Shown here: piece after piece, positions 13,351 through 25,400 of the stretch
Layout: each line of letters starts with the position of its first letter
How positions within the stretch are numbered: position 1 is the stretch's first letter
Source: Callorhinchus milii
Lineage: Eukaryota
Length of the DNA stretch: 64,000 bases
Reading direction: 5' to 3'
NCBI RefSeq assembly: GCF_018977255.1
Contig: NW_024704742.1
Span: 29,080,001 to 29,144,000 of the forward strand
Made by a program: the position numbers and the translations under genes
Notes under the pieces: generated by a model
Told to the model about the DNA's origin: nothing
The model's database searches: none
Seen by the model: the letters and a program-made list of their open reading frames with translations, nothing else

Positions 13351-14134
13351 AGACATCCAACAAGTACAGGTGTGAGCCATCCCTAGGTGGACAATGGGTA
13401 TCAGAGCCTTTTGGTGAGCAGCACAACTCATCAAGACATGCGTAAGAGCTTTGCCTATCCTCCTGCCCACAGCTCAGACACACATCTGTACTCAATGAAC
13501 AATAATTCCACCAGTTGGAAGCTTCAGCAACACCTGCTTACCTCTCTGCAAATCAATCAAGATAGATACCAAGCCCTGAACATATGAGTGTGTGTTCATG
13601 AACCTGAGCTCCAGGTAATGCCTCCCAGCAGCTGTTATCCCAATCCTCAGAGTTTCCCCTGAGGATAAAAAGCTCAACAGACATTTGCCTGAAAGCAGTG
13701 TGATGGAAACCTATATGGGTCAACTTGTAATGTCTCAGTCACTTTGATGCTCCAGAGGTCCACGTCGAATACCAAGTAGCAGGTTTGTGCAACACTAACT
13801 GCTTAATCCAGGTAGTCATATGAAGGGCCTTAGCAAATAGATGAGGCCATTATAAAGCCATCTCCAGGTTGCTGAGCATCAGATCAATGTAAGTCAGAGC
13901 CCTCTCTCCCTACAGCCACTTCCCATTTCGATCACAAATTCATCTAACTGGACTTAGCAAATGGGCTGAAGAGTATCTCCTCCACTGCATTCCCAGGAAC
14001 TGGAGACCATGAAGGATAACTGGCAGGACATTTTATTTACACCACAATCGTCACCTGTTTTACTATCATGAAGTGCTCCAGGACGCTACCCCGCATGAAG
14101 GGCTCTATAAAATGCAAATTGTTGTTGTTTTCAT

Positions 14135-14290
14135 TGTCTCACTCAGTTGATAGCAATCTGGCCTCTGAGGCAAAAGGCTATGAGTTCAAGTCCCATGTCA
14201 GGACTTTCAACTCAAGTAGTCTAAGCTGATGTTCCAATGCAGTTCTGGGGTCTATTGCATTTTCAGAGGTACCATCCTTCTTCCCATCAT
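14135..14290 (+). mobile_element. Deu-domain SINE 5' head, degraded
   Basis: CTCAGTTGATAGCA..GAGTTCAAGTCCC..GCTGATGTTCCAATGCAG. Confidence 0.55.
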
Positions 14291-14454
14291 ACAGTATTTA
14301 ACTGCAAAATATACAGTTATTACAGTAAAATTAAGACATGTTCCCGAAGTGAGTGGAAGGTTTATAGGATTATCAATATCCTTGAAGAGAGACGACAATT
14401 TTTTTTGTGTCCTTTTCACCCTTTCATAATGTGAATAATAATCCTTGCAGTTGA

Positions 14455-14600
14455 ATAGGGCAAGGATTCCCAAGAAGAGCATGTGAGAGGTTAAGGGACG
14501 TGAGGCAAGGGAGGAAATTGGACTTGAGGTGCAGATCAGCCATGATCTTATAGAATGACGGAACAGGCTCGAGGGGCTGAATGGCCTATTCCAGTTTCTA
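14455..14600 (+). mobile_element. CR1 3' end remnant
   Basis: GATCAGCCATGATCTTA..GGCTCGAGGGGCTGAATGGCCTA, as in the 3' UTR of the 25401-27475 copy. Confidence 0.7.
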
Positions 14601-15596
14601 AGAGAGATTCACCCACAATATAAAGGGGGAGAGAAATGAGAGAAAGGAGGCATAAAGTTCGAAAGATGAGATCTTTCAGTGCTCATAGACTGATGACCTA
14701 ATAAATCTACATTAAGCTTAATGCACAGATGTCATTTTGAGTTCTGTAAATGATGTTTAGGATGTCAGGTCTGAAATCTTTGTGAAACATCAGAAGCAAA
14801 ATTAGGAGGAAGGGGGAGTTATTCATTGATTGCATCTTTCCAGAATCTAAACAGTACTTGGAATCTTGAAGTGGGAAAATCAATTGCTAGTAAAAAGCCT
14901 CTCTTCCAAGGGTAGATAGCCAGTGTAAATCTACTTAAGCATTTAGCCCTGTGCCAAGTGCATTGAAGTTCAGGTTGGGGTGACCCAGACTGAATGCCAA
15001 TCCTAGGGTTTATGCGGACAGATGTCCCAATGAATTTTTCAATTCCATCTGAAATTTTTGAGAGATTCACATGAGTTTTTGTACAAGTCTCAGGGGGATT
15101 CGATTGCCTCTGAGTTCTAGCAAACTGGAGCAATGAAAAAGGCTTAAATAAGCACCAACAAGTATTTTAGCCTGTAACATTCAGCTCTTTGTGAAACTGC
15201 AGCTAACACTCCTTACCACAGAATAGTGGCTGATGTTCCTTTCACTGCTATTGAATAAACACTTCAACTCCACAGTCCCTTTACTGCTAAGAATATCTAG
15301 ATAGAGATTAGCCACAAATGTTTAGAGATCAGACGCAGACACTGAACCAATCTAATCAGTTTCATAAATCCACTTTCATCAGGTGCAAACCTGAATCCTG
15401 ATCTCCTGTAATGGAATCTGAGGCCCAAAATGTCTCATGATCTCAAGTCTTAAATCCAGTGTCTTAAAATGTAAATGCGTTCTTAAAATATAATGTTGCA
15501 CAGCATTTTGGAAAATTCTTAAGTTCAGACTTAATTTGGTAGCCAGTTTTCCACTGTTCTTGGAACTATGAAAAATTCCTCACAAATTTAGGGTCT

Positions 15597-15725
15597 CATT
15601 TTGGATAGTCAAGTGTCTAACACGTGGAAAACCATCACCATGCTTAAGAAGATCCAACCAGCTTAGTGTTCCATATATGTATGCCACGTACATATGGAAA
15701 TCTTCCTTTGTCCTGAATGGAGTCT
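15597..15725 (-). mobile_element. Unclassified structured retroposon, 3' end
   Basis: GTGTCTAACACGTGGAAAACCATCACCATGCTTAAGA is the reverse complement of the family 3' end. Confidence 0.6.
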
Positions 15726-16734
15726 CACAGATTTCTTTCATGCACAGCTAATCAGTGGGCTGTGCACCCTGGTGTTACGGATCAATATGAAATGATCAAT
15801 GATCAATACACAGAATTGTGAAATGGCATGTGATAATTACCAGATTGTTGACCTGTAAGTAAATAAAGACTAATCATGTGTGTGATTTCCCCCCCCACAC
15901 CCCCATCCCCACCATCGCCATCCCTGCCACATTATAGCTGCCAAGCAAACAGTGTGACATTGATTGTAAGATAGCACCTTAAGCAATAAAAATAATTAAA
16001 GTTAAGCACTCAATTGACACCGTGTGTGACCATCGTTAAGTATCAACTGATCTCAAGAGTAATTATCAAGAATATGAAACATTTCACTCTTGTATTTGTT
16101 CCGTTCAACGTTTTCAGAAGGAGCCTAATATTCAGCAATTCCTTTGCAGAAATCATCGATTAAACAACTAGCATTGGAACATATATATTTCCTGTGAAGA
16201 AGATGGGCAGAGCAGTTATGGGCTCGGACACCTTTGTACATTAATCCTACTGAAATTAATTTCCGGAATTTGATAACTGAGAGGTTTATCAATATGCCCA
16301 ACGAAGTTTAGTCCAAAAACAGATTGAGATGCTGGTACCTCTTTGTGTCAGGGTCAGGTCTTGTGTTTCATAATTTGTGGTTTGATATGCTGGAGCAAGA
16401 TGGATATTTACAGGCAAAACATTAATTTGTAGCTTAACAGGAACTCATTCACTTGATTTAAAGGTGGGAGGGATCCCATCTGTTGTTATTTCCCTGAGTG
16501 CCTCTTCACTACATGCTTTTAGAAGTGTTACTTCAACACATTATTTTTTCCCTTGACCTTAAAAAGGTCTTGATCACTTAAAGTGGGAATGTTTGCTCAT
16601 GTTTATATAGGCTGTGAGTATATGATCACAATATTGGCTTGGCTGAAAAAGGCTCCTCAGCCCATCTGATCTTATCCTTCCAGAACATTCACTCTACCTT
16701 CCCCTCATCACAACATCAAGGTGCTTTTCAAATG

Positions 16735-16970
16735 AGATGTTAAAGATCGCAATGGCACTATTCAAAAAGAAAATATTTTCTCCCGTTGTCCTGGCCAACA
16801 ATCTCACTAATAAAAGTGTTCATTCACTTCATCACTTCTTGTGGGACATTGCCGTGTTCAAATTGGCTACCACTTTTGTCTACAAAATATAGTCACTACA
16901 CTTTAAAGCAATATATTATGAAATGATTTGAGATGTCCTGATGTGAAAGGTGCTATATCAAATTCACTAT
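16735..16970 (+). mobile_element. Deu-domain SINE 3' part
   Basis: AAAGATCGCAATGGCACTATTC..GTCCTGGCCAACAATC..GTGAAAGGTGCTATATC. Confidence 0.75.
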
Positions 16971-17207
16971 TAGTTTTACTATTATCTGAGGACATTGGAT
17001 GCAATTTTGCAGTGCAATCTAACATTTCATGTCAACATGTGTGTGTGACTTGAAGGTTAGATGGGGAAATTCACTGGTAGTTGTAAATTTATGAACCTTG
17101 CTGTTGGGAGCTCTGTGTGGGACTCGCTATCTATGGTCGTCTAAGTGAAGTTACTGACAATCAAGCAATCAACTATTCCTTTCTCCGCTTGTTAAAAATC
17201 AGCTTTT

Positions 17208-17570
17208 ATAATAATAATAATCTTTACGTTTGATACAGCATCTTCCATGTCAGGAGGACATCTCAAAGACCTTCACAGAATATACTGTAAAGTGTAGTGA
17301 CTGTGTATTTTGTAGGCAAACATAGCAGCCAAACACAGCAATATCTCACAAACAATGAATGACTGAGTTTTATTCATGGGAATTTTGCCCTTGACAACTG
17401 GAGCAATCCTCCTCTCTTTTCAAATAGTGACCTAGTATCTTTGAACAGGCAGACGGGACCTCGGTTTAAAGTCACATCCAAAAGATACTGGAGTGTCAGT
17501 CTGAACTGTGAGCAGAAAAACCTGAGGTGGAGTGTGACTCAGATGCTACCAACTGAGCCAGGCTAACACA
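17208..17570 (-). mobile_element. Deu-domain SINE, near full length, degraded
   Basis: Head (CTACCAACTGAGCC on +) through to an (ATT)n tail. Confidence 0.75.
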
Positions 17571-18019
17571 CTTTTTTAAATTAACATCTATTTTGGGGGG
17601 ATAGGTCACTAATGTCATTCTAGTCACATTTTACAAGGAAAGGCCTTGCAAAAATAGATTTTTTTAAAAAACATAATGGTGTTTCTCAAGCGCTTTTCCA
17701 TATCCAGACACAATGCCACCCCTCAGCAGCTACTATTGCATATTTCTGTTTCTGTATCAGGTTAAATTGTAGTTATAACTTCTGTCATCATTTCTCAGGT
17801 TTTAAACTGCAATATTCAGCTATCTTGCAAGGTTTATGGTGTGAAATGCACAATACAGTTTTAAGGACCTGGCTAGATTCAAGAATATAGATTAATGTTG
17901 AAAGCCCTTGTGTAAGATTGATTGCTATCCCTGTGGGACAAGGTAATCTTGAGGGACCACAAACGATCAAAAATTATAATTTAAATCATAGAGGCATACA
18001 TGACTGTCAATACCTAATA

Positions 18020-18192
18020 CAAACGCTGTTTGTGGGACATTGCTGAGCCCAACTGTCTGCGCTGTTTTGCCCACGAAATACACAGTCAATCCACTTTACA
18101 GTATAACCTGTGAAGCGTTCTGAGATGTCTCAACGACGTGAAAAGGCTTTATAACAAATGCAAAGATTATTATTATTATTATTGTTATTATT
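18020..18192 (+). mobile_element. SINE 3' part with (ATT)n tail
   Basis: Shared Deu-like body and tail. Confidence 0.8.
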
Positions 18193-18554
18193 ACAAAGCA
18201 TAAAACTGGTATATTCACTCCAAGTATAGTCTTAAATCACAGAAAACAGAATTAGGTCAATCTCCCTCTGTAGGCAGGTATCACGTCTCCCAAAGGAATT
18301 ATTTTTCCTCAGAGAAGAGCAAAGTAAATACAGAGGGTCACCAGCCGTGATCTGATAATAGCTACAAGCCAATAACTTTCCAAACCAAAAAAGGAGTTTG
18401 CTGTTTCAGATGGATGTATTATTTACATATACAATATAATTACATTTTTTTGTATTTAGTATTTAGACATTTAGTATTAAATGTCTTTTGCATTTAGTAT
18501 TCATTGCTCATTCCAAGAGGCATGCAAATATGCCAAAATAAAAGTGGTAAAATA

Positions 18555-18797
18555 ACATAGAACCCGGTTATTAGTCAATTGGCAGATTGCTTTCTCGGAT
18601 TAATAATCCCTTGAAAAAAAATATTAGTTGGTCACTCAATCCATCATCGNTTTTTGGACACTGCTGTCTGCAATTGTCTGCTGTGTTTCGCCCACAAAAT
18701 ATACAGTCAACTCACTGTTGGTATATTTGTGAAGTGCTTGGAGACATCTCAACGACATGATAAGGCGCTATATCAAATGCAAGGATTATTATTATTA
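18555..18797 (+). mobile_element. tRNA/CORE-like SINE, 5'-truncated (contains an N at 18650)
   Basis: GAACCCGGTT..TTGGTCACTCAATCC..ATAAGGCGCTATATCAAATGCAAGGATTATT. Confidence 0.8.
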
Positions 18798-20084
18798 CTA
18801 AAATAATCTCTGGCTGCTGGTCGGGTACAGCAGATCCGAAGTGGAGGACTGATAACATCATAACTGTTAAAGGAGAGCAGCAGAGTCTTTCAAAAGAGAC
18901 TGTGCTGATGTAAGTGGGATGCTGTTTATTTTGGGTTCATTTTTTTGCAGATTATATGGGACTGATTGACTGAGTGCTGTTTAAGAAATTACTCCAGTGG
19001 AAAATTCGCAAAGCTGGTGGAATCCAATAAGTTATAAAACAGTTGTGCTTTTGTTTCCTCTCTTCATGCAGGTCAATTTTGTGACTTGGTTTTATTTGCG
19101 TGTTCTAACTTGCCTGGTTTTCCCCAGAAGCAAGCCAAATATTTTGTTTGCTGAACATAACATTTGTGAAAAAAAATACATGCTAACATCTAAAACTATT
19201 GGACAGTAGAGAAAAGAGAGATCTTACAAGAAAAATGATGTTAGAATGATGTTTATTGGAACAAGTGTGATTCAGTGCCGAAGAGGTAAAGCTTTCTAAT
19301 CAGCATTGTACCAACTTTAGTACAAAGTTTTGATCAAACCAGTTTTAATAATTGTCAACATTTTACATCCGTATAATAATGGCATAGTCAAAGTTAATTT
19401 AAAAGTACTTCACAAAAATACATTTAGCAGGTTTTCATGTTTGTAGTGAAACTATGTTACTTACCAAATATTACACTTCAAATAATAATAATCCTATAAT
19501 CTTTGCATTTGATATCACACATTATTTCTTTGTTGACATATCTCTAAGTGTTTCATAGGATTTTACTGTAAAGTGAGCCATCAAGTCTACCTTCCTCACA
19601 ATACACAGCTATATATTATTCCTAAGATTAGATACTCTGTCCCCATCCAGTGGAGCAGAAAACCAGAGAAAGAAACAAAATGGCAAATTGGGTGAGAAAT
19701 AATTTACCTGAAAAATTACTCTCAGACTTCTGAAGGCAGTCACATCAGTGATATTATAACTACATAAACTTTCTTCAAAATTCCTTCAAAGTCCACTTTC
19801 ACAAATTGTCTCCAGTGACAATTAAATTAGTCATTAAGGTTGTTTGCCTTTGCTTCTTTCAGGTTAGATGCCTTCCATTTATGTTTGCTACAGAAAGCTT
19901 GTCTTTATAGTTTTACAGAATGCTTGTCATTCTCAGCTTTAGTTGGCAGTCTTGGAAGCCAAGTATACTTAAAGAAACCATATCTCAGAATCCCTTTCAC
20001 TCTTAGTGCCACAATATAAAGCAATTACCCAGGCCCCAGAGGCAGAGAAATTAGCATGATCACACAGTGCTGGAGAAATAAGGT

Positions 20085-20420
20085 ATGAGCAACGATTAGA
20101 GAAGCTAGGCCTCTTCAGTCTTGAGAGACGATGTCTCAGAGGAGATCTTATAAAGGTGCATAAAATATTAAATGGGATTCAAAAAGTAACCCTAGAACAA
20201 TACTTTAGGATGCACCAATACAGCATCAAGAGCACATACATTTAGAATTACAAAGGACAATTTTAGGATAGATTCCAGGAAGTTTTTCTTTATGGTAATT
20301 AATGACTGGAATAGGTTCCCAGGAAGGGTGGTTGAATCTGCGATGGATGGGGGAGTATTCTAGAGGGATGAGATCAGACGGGCCAAAGGGTCTTCTTCAT
20401 CCAAACCAATCTTGTGATGT
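20085..20420 (+). mobile_element. CR1 LINE 3' remnant
   Basis: Translates to YEQRLEKLGLFSLERRCLRGDLIKVHKIL. Confidence 0.8.
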
Positions 20421-20703
20421 GGCAGAAGTGATTCTTGGCAGAGGGATCAAAAATAAAGCAGTGAGGGAGAGATCAAGGTATTGGAATGGAAAATCCAATA
20501 AAGAGGGAACAAATGGAGATGGCAAGGCCATTAGCCAAGGCAGTTAAAATCGGCCAGTTGTTTTGCGAGGAATATCATAATATTCAAACAAATATATGGA
20601 AAATATCATGATTTCATAGCTGTGAGAGGCACTGATGGATCATAAAATTCCAATACTTCAGAGCAAACAAGATTTGTCACATGCACTTACCTAAAGAGCA
20701 TAC

Positions 20704-20880
20704 GGGAAGCTTGGCATGCAGTGCCTTCAATGGCAAGCAATGTGGTTTTAACTGGTTGGACTCCAGCCCATTGCACATTCTGGGGTCTCCAAGCTTTGGC
20801 TCTTGCCAACCTGTGCCTAATACTCTCCGGAATAAGGTAAGCAGGATGTGTCCCACCAGGGAGAGAGAGTGCATTGTTTA
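20704..20880 (+). mobile_element. Unclassified structured retroposon, internal fragment
   Basis: GGGTCTCCAAGCTTTGGC..CCTAATACTCTCCGGAATAAGGTAAGCAGG. Confidence 0.7.
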
Positions 20881-22024
20881 TAGTGTCACCAGAATTTTTT
20901 CAGACACAATTTGCACCCCCCCAAAAAAAGATTCCCTTCTAAATGTAAGGTCAGATGATAGATTTTAATTTGTGAATAAAAATCACTCTGTAGAGCGTTA
21001 AAAGCAGAAATAACCACATCAGAAAACCGATTAATTGATCTATTGAAACATCTCCATAAACTTTCAAAATGGGTTTCATTTGCAATGCAGTCCTCGGTAA
21101 GAAGCACAACATTTTAGTTATACAGCATTCCTTTACATCATTTAGAAATATGTGACAATTTGGTGGAGTACACATAACTGGAATAAATTTCTGCGTTATT
21201 TTTCATTAGCAAGGAGATTGTACTGTAAACAAATGTGAAGTAAAGCTAAACATAAAATAAAAATGTGGCACCATACAATGACGCCAAGGTGATCAGTTTG
21301 CTGCTTTTTCATGGCCTCCTGGGATATTTCGGACATTGAAGCATTGACACTAGAGCCATTACGTTTGAACTGTTTTAACATTCATTTAACTGCCGAGCAA
21401 AAATTATGTACATTAGGCTACATGTGCTCTTTATGGTAAATTGCCCCCTTATCCCATTTTCTTTCACAAATCGAATGCACTAATAAAGGCTTGCTGTAGA
21501 TCAGTCAACTAAACACGCCACCAACAACAACAACAAATTGTATTTGTATAGCAACTTTCACACCCGGAGGGCTTTCCTGCAATGTGGATAACTTTTAGGG
21601 GGTACATGGTGTTCATTTCAGTTGATCAGTCATTTGGTGATATTTTAGGACGCAGGCTCCCTAAGTCACAATGCATCAGGTTCTACTTGTGAACCCCAGA
21701 GACTCGAAGATGAAATAACTCATTCCAGTGGCACTCAGCTGACGGCAAAGCAGACAAAGTTATCTGGTTCCACAGGGACGATAGAGATATTTTGGGAGCT
21801 GATCACTGCCAGACATGCAGTATAAATGGAGGATCATGCACCGTAAATCACTGGATGGGCATTGTCTCAATACCCATCTAAACACTTCTCTCTACATCAG
21901 TGCCTTTGGCCTCTATTCCCTTACCTCTCTTGTCTCTCTCTCGCAGTTGGGGCTCCTGCTAAGTCACCAGATGAAACCTAGGTCACCAGGACTGCATACG
22001 TTGAACTATGCATTCCATATACAT

Positions 22025-22150
22025 TATAATTGGCTGCCATGTTTCGTCTGCAAAATATAGTCAATTCACTTTACAGTATATTCTGTGAAGCACTTTGAGA
22101 CGTCTTGAAGACATAAGGCGCTATATCAAATACAAGGATTATTATTATTA
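22025..22150 (+). mobile_element. SINE 3' part
   Basis: AATTGGCTGCC..GGCGCTATATCAAATACAAGGATTATT. Confidence 0.8.
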
Positions 22151-24002
22151 ACCAATAGTAAAAGGGGTGCTCTTTGAATGGGAGATGAGAAGATCAAGGA
22201 AGAAAACATTTTCCCCTAAGATAGAGGTGTTCATTCCCAAATATGCCAAGGACAAATATCAAGGGCATGTTTTAACTGCAGTTTATGTAGCATCATCCCA
22301 GTCAATAATCATACAATGAAATGAATTTAAGTATAGTTTTCACCCTGAATAGTATAAAATACAAACTGAACAGAGAAGCAAGAGGAACTTTTGTTAAAAA
22401 AAATTCACTTCAATGTAAAATTGTTAAAAATAGCTATATGTGAGTACAATAGAGTTAATAATATGGCAATAAATGTGCACCTGGCATCTAAGTGATAATG
22501 ATGCTGTAACTTTTAGCTCGATTTTGTCATCACTATGTGATTTTTTTAAACAAAAATGCCTTTCCAAGGAGCCTGGAGCTTACTTGCACTTACCAGAAGC
22601 CAAAAGAATTAAATCCAGACACTTATACCACTCCCTTTAAAACCAGGCAGATATTGGAGTGGAACATGAGTATTTAAACCTTGCTGATGCATTAAAAATC
22701 ATCTTGAAGTGACACAATCAATGCTTACGATGCTGCTTCTTATTCCAGTATAAGCAACAAAGCCATTATTATAACATAACATTACACAAGCACATTGTTC
22801 TGAATGCACATTGAAGGAAATTTTGCAATTACAATGCTTTTGTGGAGAAAATAATTTCTATGGTTCAAGTGACACTTGTAAATGAATGCATTGATGAAAG
22901 ATTAACACACAAGCTTTTAGCTGAAGGCTGTACACACCAGGCTGTGTTAGATCCTAATTAACTGTGATACAGATGGTAACAGAAACTATAGGCCCAGTAA
23001 TAAAAAAAATTGTTACTCAAGGCACTAAAACACAATAACTACATTGATCTCAACTGTATACGTGAGACAGTCTAAAATATACAACTAGATGAGCCCAGAT
23101 TCTGGTAATCCTATTTCCATTGACCATGAATGAGAAGTTATGGTGCAAGTGAATGATCCTAATGATCTCTCAATGTACTGCAAGAAGCTTGTTTTTCTAT
23201 TTCCCCTTCAGGGATTCTTAATGCTTGTGTTAGACGTCTTCCTTCCTCTGCAGGGAAAGAAAATCAATTGGGTTACAGCATGAACAACATTGAGGAAGAA
23301 AGAGGACATTGGCAGAGTGTTAGTATCTGCCCTTTCGGAGTGAGCTCAGGTGACCAGCCAGACAGAAAAGTAGTCACGTAATGTTGTGTATTTTGATCCT
23401 GAGGTTTTGTAAAGAAAAAAAATCAAGATTCTTGGGAGTTTTATTTTAATTTCCTGAATATGAAATACCAGCACATAGCAAACTAAGCAAACAGTGTGCT
23501 TACAGTATTTGCAAATTGTACTTATGGAGCACACTTCAAATTGTATGAAATGTCTTGGAGAGTTTCACAACAATCACTGTGCTGGAAATGCTTGAGGTTG
23601 GTAATCAAAGAATTGGTAAAAGAGATAATTTGAAGAGGATTTTCTCGACATAAAGAGAAGGTGAAAGCAAAGGGAGTTTGGGAGAGATGCAGAGAGAGAG
23701 AGGATTAGAGGCTGAACGCTCAGTCACAGATGGTGAAACAGAGGGGTTGTTGATCAAGCAGTGCACTGAAGTTGGAAAAGGCTGCGGCCGTTACAATACG
23801 GATGAGGATGCCCTTCCTCTGTAACCCTTGTTATGGTATAGAACAGCTTCTCTTTTCCTGTGCTCCTCACATTGATTCAGAGTAGCTACTATTTCTCTAC
23901 AACCATCAAATTGGTAAAGTGGGATTCATCATCCACCCCAATGTGAAAGCAGCAAATTTTCCCTAATTGTTTATACTGGGATTTCATTTTGCAACCAAGT
24001 AA

Positions 24003-24280
24003 AAGAATCATAGAATCCTAGAGCACAGAAGAAAGCCATGTGGCCGATCATACTCTTTGAAAGAGCTATCCAATTAGTCCCACTCCCCCACTCTTTTCCC
24101 ATAGCCTTGCAATTTTTTTCTTTTCAGCGCTTTGGGACATCCTCCCGATGTGAAAGGCGGTATCCTTATTGAAATTATTGAATCTGCTTCCACTACCCTT
24201 TCAGACAGTGCATTCCAGATCGTAACAACTCGCTGCGTAAAACAATTTCTCCTGATCTCCACTTTGGTTCTTTTGCCAAA
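24003..24280 (-). mobile_element. CR1 3' end
   Basis: ORF 24074-24262 RRNCFTQRVVTIWNAL; (ATTCTATG)-type tail. Confidence 0.8.
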
Positions 24281-24684
24281 GAAATTTTGGTATTTTTAGC
24301 GATTGCTACGCGAAAGAGCTTGACATGTCTAGATACTGTTTTATCAGGACAGAGACTGTAACCTTTCAGAAAGCCAGAGACTGAATAATGAATTGGTCAT
24401 GCAGAGGAGGTCCAGACAGTAATGAGGTTACAACAAATTTTAGAACAATTTCATGTCTTCTAGACATCTCAAAGCGCTTCACAGAATATATTGTAAAGTG
24501 AATTAACTGTATATTTGCAAGACCAGTCCTTGGTGACACTGTGTTGACAGTGAAATGCAGACATTGGTGTGAAAGTTGTACGTAATTGGTTGAATGTTTT
24601 CAAAACAAGACTTGGGAGGGGAAATGCAGCATTCCTAAAAGCATTCTTTTCTTTAATTATCACTATTACTCACTGGTGATAATA

Positions 24685-24780
24685 GTAATAATAATAATCC
24701 TTGCATTTGATACAGTGCCTTATCACGTCTTTGACGCATCTCAAAATGCTTCACAGAGTATGCTATAAAGTGAATTATCA
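24685..24780 (-). mobile_element. SINE tail fragment
   Basis: ATAATAATCCTTGCATTTGATA on the + strand. Confidence 0.7.
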
Positions 24781-24789
24781 AGGACTTGC

Positions 24790-25005
24790 ATAATTTCCGC
24801 CCTCCCCCCAAAATTGTGGTTGAAGCAGAAAGTGTCAATATATTTAAGAGGAAAGCGGTGCATACATGAGGCATGAGATAATAAAGAGGCATGGAAGAGG
24901 GGAAATAAGAGTAATGGAAATTCATGTGGAGTATAAACACCATCATGGACAGTTGGGAACAAATGGCTTGTTTCCATGGTGCAATGTTCTACGTAATTCT
25001 ATGTG
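24790..25005 (+). mobile_element. CR1 3' remnant
   Basis: GTGGTTGAAGCAGA..TTTAAGAGGAA..TGGAGTATAAACACC..AATGGCTTGTTTCC. Confidence 0.6.
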
Positions 25006-25400
25006 TGTATTACCAGAATCAAAGACTATGTCAAATGTCTGGCACAGAATATTGAGAAGATTTGCAGTCCTTTCCTTCTCTGGCTAAATCAGAATTTTTC
25101 TTGGAAAGTAATGCATTCAGCCACTAATGGTCTTTGTTTTTTATTGAGTGCTATTTTGAATCGAGCCACATGTTTCAGATCATTAAATTCTTTCCTGAAC
25201 TTCCTTTGCTTCCTTTGCAAAACATTTAAAACCTTAAGAGCATAAAATTTCTTTGGGAACAGAAAAGAACCAGTTACAGCCAATATATTACTGGATATTG
25301 TTCATTACAATTACTCAAGTATTTCTGTTTTATTTAGCTGTCGAATTGGCTCAGTTGGTAGCACCCTCTCTCTATAGGAGTTATCCTCCTTTGGGGGGAG

